Position numbers and translations under genes: made by a program
The notes under the pieces: model-generated
Told to the model about the DNA's origin: nothing
Databases searched by the model: none
What the model saw: the letters and a program-made list of their open reading frames with translations, nothing else
Source of the DNA: a virus
Strand: one strand, 5' to 3'
DNA: 64,000 nt
IMG/VR virus record: IMGVR_UViG_3300008216_002531
Coordinates: 41,626 to 105,625 of that record
Shown: piece after piece, positions 47,052 through 55,559 of the stretch
How the letters are laid out: the number at the start of each line of letters is the position of its first letter
How positions within the stretch are numbered: position 1 is the stretch's first letter

Positions 47052-48477
47052 CTACAATAAACCCTTGGTCTTGCTTCTTATTGCCTTTTTTCAATTCGTT
47101 TCTAGTGCAACCTTCATCTATCTTGGACACATCCCCTTTCATGGACATATTTATATAATCTCCATCGCTCAAACCCGCCCCGTGTCTAGAAACCAATGGG
47201 ACTAATTTTTTATTTCCATTGTCTTCTCCGTCTTCTGCAACTTCTTCTTCTGATTTATTTTTGAAAATGGAGAAGCTGGTACACAGCCATATAAGCCTAT
47301 CGGAGCCGCTAACGACATCAGTCGATTCTTTAGTTATGCCGTCTCTGTTTAGCTGCACAAACGACAGACACGGACAATCATATTGAACACAGAAGTTGTG
47401 TAGAGAGGTAATTTGAAAACCAAGAACTTGGAATTCTTGTAGGCCAGAAGACATATTATCCGAGGTCATCAGCTTCAAATAATCATACACAATCAGGCAG
47501 TCGTTAGTTCTTCCATTTTCATCAAACCCTACTTTTTGAGCAATCCACCTTCTCATCACGGAGAGGGTTTCTTCAAAAGGTTTTCCGGCGATGCTGATGT
47601 AGTCATAAGGCACATCTTTTAAAGCTTCAGAGGCCTTGTGTATTTTTTCTTTTTCTATAGCGCTATTGGCAAATTTTCCCGTGGATATTGTATTTATGGG
47701 AACTTTACTTATATTTGAAATAATACGATTGACATGATCCTCTTTAGACATTTCTGTGTCTAACATAAGAACTGGTATATTAAGCTCTTTGGAGACATGC
47801 AGGGCAACATTATCTCCAAACATGCTTTTTCCCACCTTTGGCCTAGCGGCTATAAGGTCGACACACTTTCTTCTAAATCCTCCTCCTATAGCAGTATCAT
47901 ATCGTTGATATCCACTGCTGATGCCCAGTATATCCACTGGGTTATCTTCTAGATGTTGAATGTAATCCTCAACGTCGTCTCCAAGGGCGGCTGGGCGATC
48001 ATCCCCTCCCTGTTTTATGGAGTTAGAAAGCTCAAAGATGGGATTTTCAGCAAGCGAAATAATTTCATTTACTGTTTCTTCTCCAGTAATTTCAGACAGG
48101 CTAGTATATGCTTGCTTTATATTTTTTTGTACGGTTCTGGCAAATTCTAGTTTTCTTATCTTGACTGCGTGCTTTCGCACGTTTTCAAGATGTATCGGAA
48201 AATTAAAAACAGATCTTAGATATTCAAGCTCTTTTTTAGAGTTCAAAATCTCATGAAAGTTCAGTTCTGTTGCGCTAGAAAGAATGGACGATATGTCAAC
48301 CTGATCGCTACTTTCAAGAATCTTACTAAGGCATTTGTAGATTATTTGGTTAGACTCATGAACAAAAGTATTAGCTGTTATTACGTCGTCTACATCTACA
48401 AACGCTTGTGAGCCATATTGACATACTCCTGATAACACGGCCCTTTCCGCCGCAGTGTCACTGAGTATTTGATTCAT
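47014..48477 (-). CDS. dnaB: Replicative DNA helicase
   Basis: AERAVL, ARPKVGKS, EMS, DYL, QLNR. Confidence 0.9.
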   Translation of the reverse strand: MNQILSDTAAERAVLSGVCQYGSQAFVDVDDVITANTFVHESNQIIYKCLSKILESSDQVDISSILSSATELNFHEILNSKKELEYLRSVFNFPIHLENVRKHAVKIRKLEFARTVQKNIKQAYTSLSEITGEETVNEIISLAENPIFELSNSIKQGGDDRPAALGDDVEDYIQHLEDNPVDILGISSGYQRYDTAIGGGFRRKCVDLIAARPKVGKSMFGDNVALHVSKELNIPVLMLDTEMSKEDHVNRIISNISKVPINTISTGKFANSAIEKEKIHKASEALKDVPYDYISIAGKPFEETLSVMRRWIAQKVGFDENGRTNDCLIVYDYLKLMTSDNMSSGLQEFQVLGFQITSLHNFCVQYDCPCLSFVQLNRDGITKESTDVVSGSDRLIWLCTSFSIFKNKSEEEVAEDGEDNGNKKLVPLVSRHGAGLSDGDYINMSMKGDVSKIDEGCTRNELKKGNKKQDQGFIVDENDNEQIPFAT

Positions 48478-48484
48478 ACTTTTT

Positions 48485-48979
48485 TTAACCTTTGCAACAA
48501 GCGCTGCATCTATAGTGCTCTCTTTTGAGGGATGGCGGAATCATATCTGATTTACCGCACAGATGGCAGGTGATGCTCATTAGCCCTTCGGATGGTTTTC
48601 TCGACCGCTCAACGGGCTTTGTTGCCGAGTCATCAATCAGGCTTGCTCCAGCTTCTTCCACTCCTATAGTGCCATCATCATTAAACTGGTTTTTTCTACT
48701 TTTCAAATTTAGAGGCTCTCCTTTTGTGAGGCGCTGTCTGGAGTTTTCAACATCGTCTGACACCGGCATGGTAAAATCATCCGTATCTTTTTTTATCGTC
48801 TCGCCTACCTCTTTTTCGCCGTCAGACTCTTTCTCAATCTCCTTTACGCTCATTCCCGCCAATTCTTCCCCCATAAATTCCTCAAGACTGTCTTTGATTA
48901 ATTCAATATCGTTTGTTAGCACTCCTTGTTTCACACCGTCTGTAAATGTCTTTATGGCGTCCATCCACTTAGGTGGCAT
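48485..48979 (-). CDS. Hypothetical protein with C-terminal zinc finger
   Basis: CHLC...CSAC. Confidence 0.55.
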   Translation of the reverse strand: MPPKWMDAIKTFTDGVKQGVLTNDIELIKDSLEEFMGEELAGMSVKEIEKESDGEKEVGETIKKDTDDFTMPVSDDVENSRQRLTKGEPLNLKSRKNQFNDDGTIGVEEAGASLIDDSATKPVERSRKPSEGLMSITCHLCGKSDMIPPSLKREHYRCSACCKG

Positions 48980-49448
48980 TATCTACCCTCCGTTTGCTTC
49001 TTTGTAGTTCTATAAGAGCGTTGCTCATTGATTGTATCCTACCAGACATATATGACAATCTGTCTGACACTGCTTGGGCATAAGATAGTATTTCGTTTAG
49101 CTTAAGTGCGTGTTCATTACTAATAACAACTGCGTGCTCTTTCTCTTCGTATTTCATATAACGATCAAACTGTCCTGAGTTTTGTGCTATAATATTCTTA
49201 ATGTTGTTTTTAGCCCAATTTATTCTGGCCGTCTGTTCATTTATTTGTTGCTGCATATATAGAGAATATTGAGCTAGGGAAAAAGCTAGCTCTCCACACT
49301 CCGCACTCGTAAGAGCCTTAAGCTCAAAGCTTTTCATTTGTAATACTCTGAGGGCTTCTTCATTATATTCAACCTTATGTATTCCGCGCTTGGCTAAATA
49401 GTCATCAATTAGTTGTTCAAAGCGAGATAGCTTGTCTTTAGCTGTCAT
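48969..49448 (-). CDS. Coiled-coil protein, possibly UvsY-like recombination mediator
   Basis: Helical heptads; between RecA and DnaB; likely start MTAKD. Confidence 0.35.
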   Translation of the reverse strand: MTAKDKLSRFEQLIDDYLAKRGIHKVEYNEEALRVLQMKSFELKALTSAECGELAFSLAQYSLYMQQQINEQTARINWAKNNIKNIIAQNSGQFDRYMKYEEKEHAVVISNEHALKLNEILSYAQAVSDRLSYMSGRIQSMSNALIELQRSKRRVDNAT

Positions 49449-49842
49449 CGAAGATTCTGGTTCTCCACTCATCGTCACTCTCTGTGTGTGGTAGTTCTAT
49501 GAACGTGATGTTGTTTATGCTAGCCCAATTAGCCTTTTGTCTGTCTCTCGCCTGAGCTTTATAAAAGTCGGCCTTGCTCTTAAAGAAAAACGAATTGAAC
49601 TCATAATGCTGAGATCCATGAACCTCAATCATTAGTGTTCTCTTGGGGATATAGAAATCCGCGAAAAGGCCGCACCCCGGCAGGGGAACCTCCTCCAATA
49701 TTCTATCGTAGGGAAACTCCCGAGTCAAGAGGGCTTTTGCGCGTACATGATGTTGTGAGCGTGGCCTACTGTCGTCTTTGTATGGAACATGATTGGCAAG
49801 GTTCCATGTGTAAGTTTTGCCGTCTAATCCAGTTATTTTCAT
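49438..49842 (-). CDS. DUF559/Vsr-like endonuclease
   Basis: ADFYIP...IEVHGSQH...RD..K. Confidence 0.7.
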   Translation of the reverse strand: MKITGLDGKTYTWNLANHVPYKDDSRPRSQHHVRAKALLTREFPYDRILEEVPLPGCGLFADFYIPKRTLMIEVHGSQHYEFNSFFFKSKADFYKAQARDRQKANWASINNITFIELPHTESDDEWRTRIFDDS

Positions 49843-50873
49843 AGCATGGCTTTAATGTCAGATTCTAGTAATTTTAACAGATCGGGATTTCTTTGCAGGA
49901 ATTGATATAACTTCTCCTGTCCTTGAAATTTAGTAGTGGGATCAAAGTCCATAGCCTTGGCTTCTTCTTCGTGGTTCTCCATAAAGTTACACGTAAACCA
50001 AGCTCCAGCTTTAGAAATCAGCCCAAAATCTGCTCCTAAATTGATCCACTCACAAACACTATCAATACCTTTGCCATATCTAAGATAGCTATCTACTACT
50101 GCTCCCGGTGGACCCAAGGCAGAATGCTCTACGGTCCAAGAAATTATCTGTCCAATTGGAGCGTCGGAGTTTCCAACATTCCATTTCTTGACCCCCTTGG
50201 CTCTTAGCTTGATGTCAGACTGGTATTTGATTTTCTGTCCACCATCTTCAATATAAGCTTTTCCATATCCACTGGTATTGGCGATTAAGTGTTGGATAAT
50301 AATAATGATGGTGTTTTGAATAGGAACAACGGTTCCCATTTGTTTGCAAAACGAAGATAATAGTTTGGGAGTACCCGCTCTGGTTTGACCGTTGATCTCG
50401 TTGAGCATCTCTTTTTCTGGAGACAAAGCAGAGGCGGAATCTATTATTACTACGCAGCCCGGATGGTCCTTGATGATGTTGGTTGCGATAGTCAAGAAGT
50501 CTTCTGCTGTTAAGATGTTGCCCTGAGTGGACTGTATTAGTTTTAACTTGTCAGGATTTAACCCCTCTACACCGCTTAGGTTCATTTTTTTGAATCTGCC
50601 CTCGGCGTTTAAATAGTATACCATCCTCCCGCCAGCTTCTTCGGTTTGGCAGTTCGCAGCTATTTGCAAAGCCGTCGTGGTCTTCCCGCATTTTGGCGCG
50701 CCAGACAGAATAACCCAGCTACCTTCTGGGATTCCTCCGTTCAACCCAATGTCTATTGCAGGACTGACAGGGATGGTGAAAATATCTTCTTCTATAACAA
50801 GATTAGAATCAATCATAATCTCGCCATACTTTTTAACGATATCTTTTTCTACCTTGTCGTAATATTCATTCAT
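49839..50873 (-). CDS. recA: RecA/UvsX recombinase
   Basis: D..LNGGIPEG, GAPKCGKTT, IIDS, GG...K, GAWF, QG. Confidence 0.9.
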   Translation of the reverse strand: MNEYYDKVEKDIVKKYGEIMIDSNLVIEEDIFTIPVSPAIDIGLNGGIPEGSWVILSGAPKCGKTTTALQIAANCQTEEAGGRMVYYLNAEGRFKKMNLSGVEGLNPDKLKLIQSTQGNILTAEDFLTIATNIIKDHPGCVVIIDSASALSPEKEMLNEINGQTRAGTPKLLSSFCKQMGTVVPIQNTIIIIIQHLIANTSGYGKAYIEDGGQKIKYQSDIKLRAKGVKKWNVGNSDAPIGQIISWTVEHSALGPPGAVVDSYLRYGKGIDSVCEWINLGADFGLISKAGAWFTCNFMENHEEEAKAMDFDPTTKFQGQEKLYQFLQRNPDLLKLLESDIKAML

Positions 50874-51307
50874 TGGTCTAAGTCTCTTAGTTTGGAAATA
50901 GTGCTCTTGCTTCCAAAGGGCTTTCTTGGCTTACTATCTGTTTCTATATCTTCTACGCTAATAGAGCCTTGTGCGTCTGATCGTTGTAGAACTTGTTCTT
51001 CTTTTATGATTAGATCTTCTAGTCCGGGGAATCTTAGAGAATATATAGACTTCCCTCTGCCGCTGTTCAGAGCCTTTATGATTGCTCTCTCGTCATGTTT
51101 TTTGACAAGGCGGTTGGCCAGAATGATTTGATGAGTGTAGGATTTTTTCCATTTTTCTGTGTTCCAAAATTTATAGGCAGGGGTTCCAACATTGTCCTTC
51201 TCTGCCTGTCTTTGGCAGACTATTTCAGCTATGTACTGTGCTGCCGTGCAATATTCTCCAGTGGACGGGGATTTATATTTGCTTTTGTCACTTCTTTTTC
51301 TCGTCAC
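50870..51307 (-). CDS. Hypothetical protein
   Basis: Coupled to recA. Confidence 0.55.
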   Translation of the reverse strand: MTRKRSDKSKYKSPSTGEYCTAAQYIAEIVCQRQAEKDNVGTPAYKFWNTEKWKKSYTHQIILANRLVKKHDERAIIKALNSGRGKSIYSLRFPGLEDLIIKEEQVLQRSDAQGSISVEDIETDSKPRKPFGSKSTISKLRDLDQ

Positions 51308-51749
51308 TTAGTACACCCTGTCTGGCTATCAAGCAAATTGTGTTTTCGTCTGGATCTCTAGTCTCTGTGAATTGCGTTGTTAATTCTGGAACATTGTAAG
51401 CGGAAATAAGTAAAATATCTTTTTCCAAAACTCCGCAAATATATGAATGATGAGTTAGTCCTCCACCATACAAGAAACCCCCAGCGCCTTTGCAAAAATA
51501 ATATCCGTCGTAATTCTTACCAATCTCTACTTTGTTTGTCCCGTTCTGTATATACATATCCACAACATAAACGCCGGTTTTTTCACAGTGGATACCCAAG
51601 CGCTCCCAAGCGCTTTCTGGCTCTACCCCTTCTCTTTCGTCGTCTTGGTATACAATTAAACCATCCGACAAAGTGGCCACCCAAACGGTGCCCTTCTCAA
51701 ATAAGCTAGCTGTATACAAATCTGGCTCTGTACATATAAAGACCATCAA
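51288..51749 (-). CDS. Hypothetical protein
   Basis: Operon packing. Confidence 0.55.
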   Translation of the reverse strand: MMVFICTEPDLYTASLFEKGTVWVATLSDGLIVYQDDEREGVEPESAWERLGIHCEKTGVYVVDMYIQNGTNKVEIGKNYDGYYFCKGAGGFLYGGGLTHHSYICGVLEKDILLISAYNVPELTTQFTETRDPDENTICLIARQGVLSDEKKK

Positions 51750-52072
51750 TCGTCCTTTATTTTATGCACCACGTTTGGGTCAAACTTATTCTTTTGCTGC
51801 GATGGCGTCTCTCCCGCCATGGAGGCTTCTTGTGTCATAACAGACACGCCATATTTCTCATTTTTAATCATCATATCTCCAACGCTTGGAGTGTCAGATT
51901 TAGATTTTGCAATATGTTCGGTGTCGTCAGGACTGAGCGCATCAAGATATTTCTGAATAGTTTTTTCTGTTCTCGACAGATCTGTAGCCAGTTCTTTAAC
52001 CGGTTGATTCTGATTATTGTCGATATAAAACTTTTCTACTTTGGTCAGCGGTCCTTTATTTTTGGTTACCAT
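51746..52072 (-). CDS. HTH-containing hypothetical protein
   Basis: VKELATDLSRTEKTIQKYL. Confidence 0.5.
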   Translation of the reverse strand: MVTKNKGPLTKVEKFYIDNNQNQPVKELATDLSRTEKTIQKYLDALSPDDTEHIAKSKSDTPSVGDMMIKNEKYGVSVMTQEASMAGETPSQQKNKFDPNVVHKIKDD

Positions 52073-52445
52073 CTATTATCATCCTTTCTGCCTGAGTTAA
52101 ATGTCTAGTAGACCTCGTTTTGAGATATTTGCAATACTGTTCAAATACTATAGAGCTAACCTTTCTCCAGTCCCAATCCCCGGTTCTTGTTCTATCGGCA
52201 TAAGTCCCCCAAGGGTCAAATATTCTTCCGCGTCCAAATTTAATATAGTACGTAGTCGACTTGGTGTTGTCTTCCGTACCTACGTTGGTTTTATTTACTA
52301 GTTTAGCATAGCTTTTATTACTGTCTTTTTTTACAGAATTTCCACCTTCTGTAAAATATGTAACCTCAGTAACAACTGGACTTGGGGCTTGAAAATCCAA
52401 CTTCTCATTTTCGTGTCTAGCCATTAGATAATTCTTTCGTTTCAA
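52056..52445 (-). CDS. Hypothetical protein
   Basis: Operon packing; likely start MARHE. Confidence 0.5.
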   Translation of the reverse strand: MKRKNYLMARHENEKLDFQAPSPVVTEVTYFTEGGNSVKKDSNKSYAKLVNKTNVGTEDNTKSTTYYIKFGRGRIFDPWGTYADRTRTGDWDWRKVSSIVFEQYCKYLKTRSTRHLTQAERMIIDGNQK

Positions 52446-52716
52446 TGATAAAGTTTTTATTATCGGCCGCGCTTGGCGCTTCGCTAAGTTGGACTCCTTC
52501 CAAGGGGACCATATAGAATGAACCCGAAACCTCTTTTACAAAACTAGAGTCTCCGCAAAAGCAACAGTTGGCTCGTATATTAACCGAGGTTGGAGCTTCT
52601 TTGACACGCATTACTTTAACTAGGGCCTTGCCACAACTAGAACAATCTAGCTGGATGGATTTTACCTCCACCGGAGGTTTAGCTTCTTCAGGCTCTTTAT
52701 GAAAAAAATCTACCAT
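52417..52716 (-). CDS. Zinc-ribbon hypothetical protein
   Basis: CSSCG...CCFCG. Confidence 0.55.
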   Translation of the reverse strand: MVDFFHKEPEEAKPPVEVKSIQLDCSSCGKALVKVMRVKEAPTSVNIRANCCFCGDSSFVKEVSGSFYMVPLEGVQLSEAPSAADNKNFIIETKELSNG

Positions 52717-52718
52717 GA

Positions 52719-52940
52719 TTATTGTCCGTCGTGAAATTCTTTGATTTTATTGATTAAATTTTTTACGCACTCGTATTTATTATTACCCTTAACAACCACA
52801 GGAACTTTTTCGGATTTAATTCCATATCTACTCATTTCCTCCAAAGACATTTTGTCTCCGGCGCATTCTCCCGTTTTGAGAACTTCGTGAATAGCTATAT
52901 CCATTGTTACAATGGCTTTATATGGCGCATCTCCAGCCAT
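52719..52940 (-). CDS. Hypothetical protein
   Basis: Operon packing. Confidence 0.5.
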   Translation of the reverse strand: MAGDAPYKAIVTMDIAIHEVLKTGECAGDKMSLEEMSRYGIKSEKVPVVVKGNNKYECVKNLINKIKEFHDGQ

Positions 52941-53287
52941 TATTTAGTTCCTTTTTCTATGTATCTCTTTTTTTGTTCGGGCGTCATTTTTCTGATTTCT
53001 TTTTTTGTAGCCCCCTTCGGTGTACTTCCAGCGGCTTTCTTCTTGGCCTCCTCCTGTGCTCCCTTTTTGTCTCCCAGTTCGTATCTTCCCATCTGTGCTG
53101 TGTTTCTTTCAGCCCAGTGTCCAATTGTTTGAGGCTCTCCTTTCGTAAAAATAAACGGAGTTCCAAAAACACGAGCCAGTTTATTTTTCTCACACTTTGG
53201 GCATTTTCTTTTTGCTCTGTCTTTCATCGATTGAACTATTTCAAAACCATGCCCACAAGAGGAACACTTATATTCATATGTTGGCAT
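52940..53287 (-). CDS. FmdB-family zinc-ribbon protein
   Basis: MPTYEYKCSSCGHGFE..QSM......CPKC. Confidence 0.8.
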   Translation of the reverse strand: MPTYEYKCSSCGHGFEIVQSMKDRAKRKCPKCEKNKLARVFGTPFIFTKGEPQTIGHWAERNTAQMGRYELGDKKGAQEEAKKKAAGSTPKGATKKEIRKMTPEQKKRYIEKGTK

Positions 53288-53586
53288 TAGACAATCTTTT
53301 CCAGATCTTCAATGATAGTCTTAGTCGCTCTAGAATTGTTCTTTTTTTGTGAGTCTACTAGTTGTAAAGACAGGAGTCTTATATTTATTAGTTGCTCGCA
53401 CAGATGCTCCACGATATTGCCACTTATCATAGGAGCTTTTTTAGACAGTGTAATAATTTCGTAATATTGTTCTTGTTTCATTAGTCGAAATGGTTTGCCA
53501 TCTTCAGTCGTTAAGCTATACTCTTTGTTCAAAGGTGAAAATATTTTTTCGGATAAAGATCCTAGCTCTAAGCCAAATAACTTCAT
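53287..53586 (-). CDS. Hypothetical protein
   Basis: Likely start MKLFG via ATGA overlap. Confidence 0.5.
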   Translation of the reverse strand: MKLFGLELGSLSEKIFSPLNKEYSLTTEDGKPFRLMKQEQYYEIITLSKKAPMISGNIVEHLCEQLINIRLLSLQLVDSQKKNNSRATKTIIEDLEKIV

Positions 53587-53918
53587 CGTTGCAGACTCCA
53601 TAAAACAAAGATTTGCATGAGTGCCACCCCAATAATGGAAGCCCAAGCCCAGAGTTTTTTCCAGTGATATAATATAACAAGGATTCCAAGAGCAAGCGTC
53701 GTCCCAACAGTCTTCACCCCCATAAACAAGGCTATATCCCCACCGTCTTCTCGTATGAGCCATCTGCCCACTGGATTAAGCTCAAGCTCTAACAAATATT
53801 CTTGTGTCTTTATAGACGTGTATATATCAACAGCAGAAGCAACCCCAATAAAAAGCCACAGTTGGGCGTATGCTGCTGTGTAGGCGTATTTGTTAAACAG
53901 CCTCGTGAAAGTTTTCAT
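53583..53918 (-). CDS. Membrane protein (DUF5658-like)
   Basis: Three hydrophobic segments, D...T...ELNP motif. Confidence 0.6.
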   Translation of the reverse strand: MKTFTRLFNKYAYTAAYAQLWLFIGVASAVDIYTSIKTQEYLLELELNPVGRWLIREDGGDIALFMGVKTVGTTLALGILVILYHWKKLWAWASIIGVALMQIFVLWSLQR

Positions 53919-54325
53919 GATTGTATTGGATTGCCATATCTGTCTTTACCTTCTAGATTAGACACTTCTTCCCAAACGTCTGACCAGCCAGATTCGTCGT
54001 CTGAACGAACCCTAGCGGCTTTGTCGTCTATATAGATGACGCCAGCGGGTTTGCCCATGTAGGCGTGATGATATTTAACGCCGTGGTCCTCCAGCCAGTC
54101 TGTCCACTCCCTATATCCGCGTCCATATTGACGATGGATGTTTCCCTTCTCTCTGTCTCCATACCTAGCGGTATATAACGTAATAACAAAACCCATGTCA
54201 TATAGCTTATTGACTTGATCTATGCCGTGTTGTAAAGGACCAGCCTTGCTATAGTCTCCACCGTGGTTTTTATCCGCTATTACACCATCACAGTCCACTA
54301 TTAGTGTCTTAAGTGAATCGGCCAT
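53915..54325 (-). CDS. Small HAD-family phosphatase (capsule biosynthesis phosphatase-like)
   Basis: DCDGVI, YTAR, GKP, YIDDKA. Confidence 0.8.
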   Translation of the reverse strand: MADSLKTLIVDCDGVIADKNHGGDYSKAGPLQHGIDQVNKLYDMGFVITLYTARYGDREKGNIHRQYGRGYREWTDWLEDHGVKYHHAYMGKPAGVIYIDDKAARVRSDDESGWSDVWEEVSNLEGKDRYGNPIQS

Positions 54326-54331
54326 TGTATC

Positions 54332-54355
54332 CCTCCTTTTATGTTATACCGTCCA
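54332..54355 (-). promoter_or_regulatory. Candidate phage promoter motif TGGACGGTATAAC-N6-GGAGG
   Basis: Matches 5738-5761 motif and spacing. Confidence 0.45.
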
Positions 54356-54372
54356 ATCGACGTGGATGCACG

Positions 54373-54446
54373 TACCCTCGGCAGGACTCGAACCTGCAAC
54401 CTACGGTTTAGAAGACCGTTGCTCTGTCCTGTTGAGCTACAAGGGC
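54373..54446 (-). tRNA. tRNA-Arg (anticodon UCU)
   Basis: GCCCTTG acceptor stem, D arm, ACGGT-CT TCT AA-ACCGT anticodon arm, GGTTCGAGTCC T arm; CCA not encoded. Confidence 0.93.
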
Positions 54447-55085
54447 TTATAACTTAGATAATATTGCAGATATAATTCTATTTCTAACAATATCATCTTC
54501 TGTTAACTCTACAATTCCCACTAAGTTTGTGTCTTCCAACCTGTCCAAACATCGCTCCAGTGCTCCTCTAGCATTTGGAGGTAAGTCGCTTTGGTCTATA
54601 TCTCCGTTGACGACCGCCTTGGATTTTCTGCCTATGCGGGTGATGAACATTTTAATTTGTTCATACGTTGTATTTTGGGCTTCATCCAAGATCATAAAGC
54701 AGTTGTGAAAGTTTCTACCCCTCATGTACTCCAGAGGAACAACTTCTATCGTGTCGTCATCAAGAAACTTTTTTATCTGCGCTTGTGTCAGATATAATTT
54801 CATTTCTTCTAGAATAGGTATCAGATACGGGTGTATCTTTTCTTTGAAACTTCCCGGCAAAAATCCCAGACCTGTTCTTCCAGACTCAACAACAGGTCTA
54901 GTTATTATTATTTTATGTACCCTGCCTTCTTTTAAATATTGACAAGCCAGCCCAACAGCTACGCTAGTTTTGCCAGACCCTGCTGGACCTTCGCAAAACG
55001 TAATGTCATTTTCTGCTATTGTTCTAATGTATTCAGCTTGATTAGGAGTTTTTGGTTTAAGGGTTCTTTTCGGGCCTCTTTTCAT
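54447..55085 (-). CDS. phoH: PhoH-like ATPase
   Basis: GPAGSGKT, TRPVVE, LGFLPG, YMRGR, DEAQN, TRIG, GD..QSDL, DIVR. Confidence 0.93.
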   Translation of the reverse strand: MKRGPKRTLKPKTPNQAEYIRTIAENDITFCEGPAGSGKTSVAVGLACQYLKEGRVHKIIITRPVVESGRTGLGFLPGSFKEKIHPYLIPILEEMKLYLTQAQIKKFLDDDTIEVVPLEYMRGRNFHNCFMILDEAQNTTYEQIKMFITRIGRKSKAVVNGDIDQSDLPPNARGALERCLDRLEDTNLVGIVELTEDDIVRNRIISAILSKL

Positions 55086-55096
55086 AAGTATTTTTT

Positions 55097-55537
55097 CTAT
55101 ATACCGGAACTACCAAAACCTTTGCCACCACGCTCAGTGTCCTCCAATGAATCCACTTCTCTTAAGAAGAAAGATGGCACCTCTTGTATAATAAGCTGAG
55201 CTATCTTGTCTCCTTCACTTATAGTATAACTTTCTTGAGAGGCGTTATGTATACACACTTTAATTTCGCCTCTATAGTCAGAATCTATTACGCCAGCAAA
55301 CCTGTGCAAACCCTTTACTCCCATGGAAGACCTGTCCCATATAAGGCCAGCATGCCCCCTTGGAATAGCCATGGCTATTCCAGTTCCAATCAATCTGGTT
55401 TCGCCAACTGGAATTGAACTATACTTTTCAGCATAAAGATCAAATCCAGCGTCTGTGTCATGGGCTTTCGACGGAAGTTTAGCGTTAGAGTTTACTTTTT
55501 TAACTCGTATTGATCCGATCTCCGGGTTACCTCCCAT
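55097..55537 (-). CDS. dut: Trimeric dUTPase
   Basis: AGFDL, RSS, GVIDSDYRGE, IAQL, RGGKGFGSSG; GGAGG RBS before ATG 55537. Confidence 0.93.
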   Translation of the reverse strand: MGGNPEIGSIRVKKVNSNAKLPSKAHDTDAGFDLYAEKYSSIPVGETRLIGTGIAMAIPRGHAGLIWDRSSMGVKGLHRFAGVIDSDYRGEIKVCIHNASQESYTISEGDKIAQLIIQEVPSFFLREVDSLEDTERGGKGFGSSGI

Positions 55538-55559
55538 TTCGTTTCCTCCTGTTGTCCAA

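Noticed and set aside
53587-53763. N-terminal extension of ORF 53287-53763
   Set aside because: It overlaps the membrane-protein gene; the ATGA-coupled start at 53586 is more plausible
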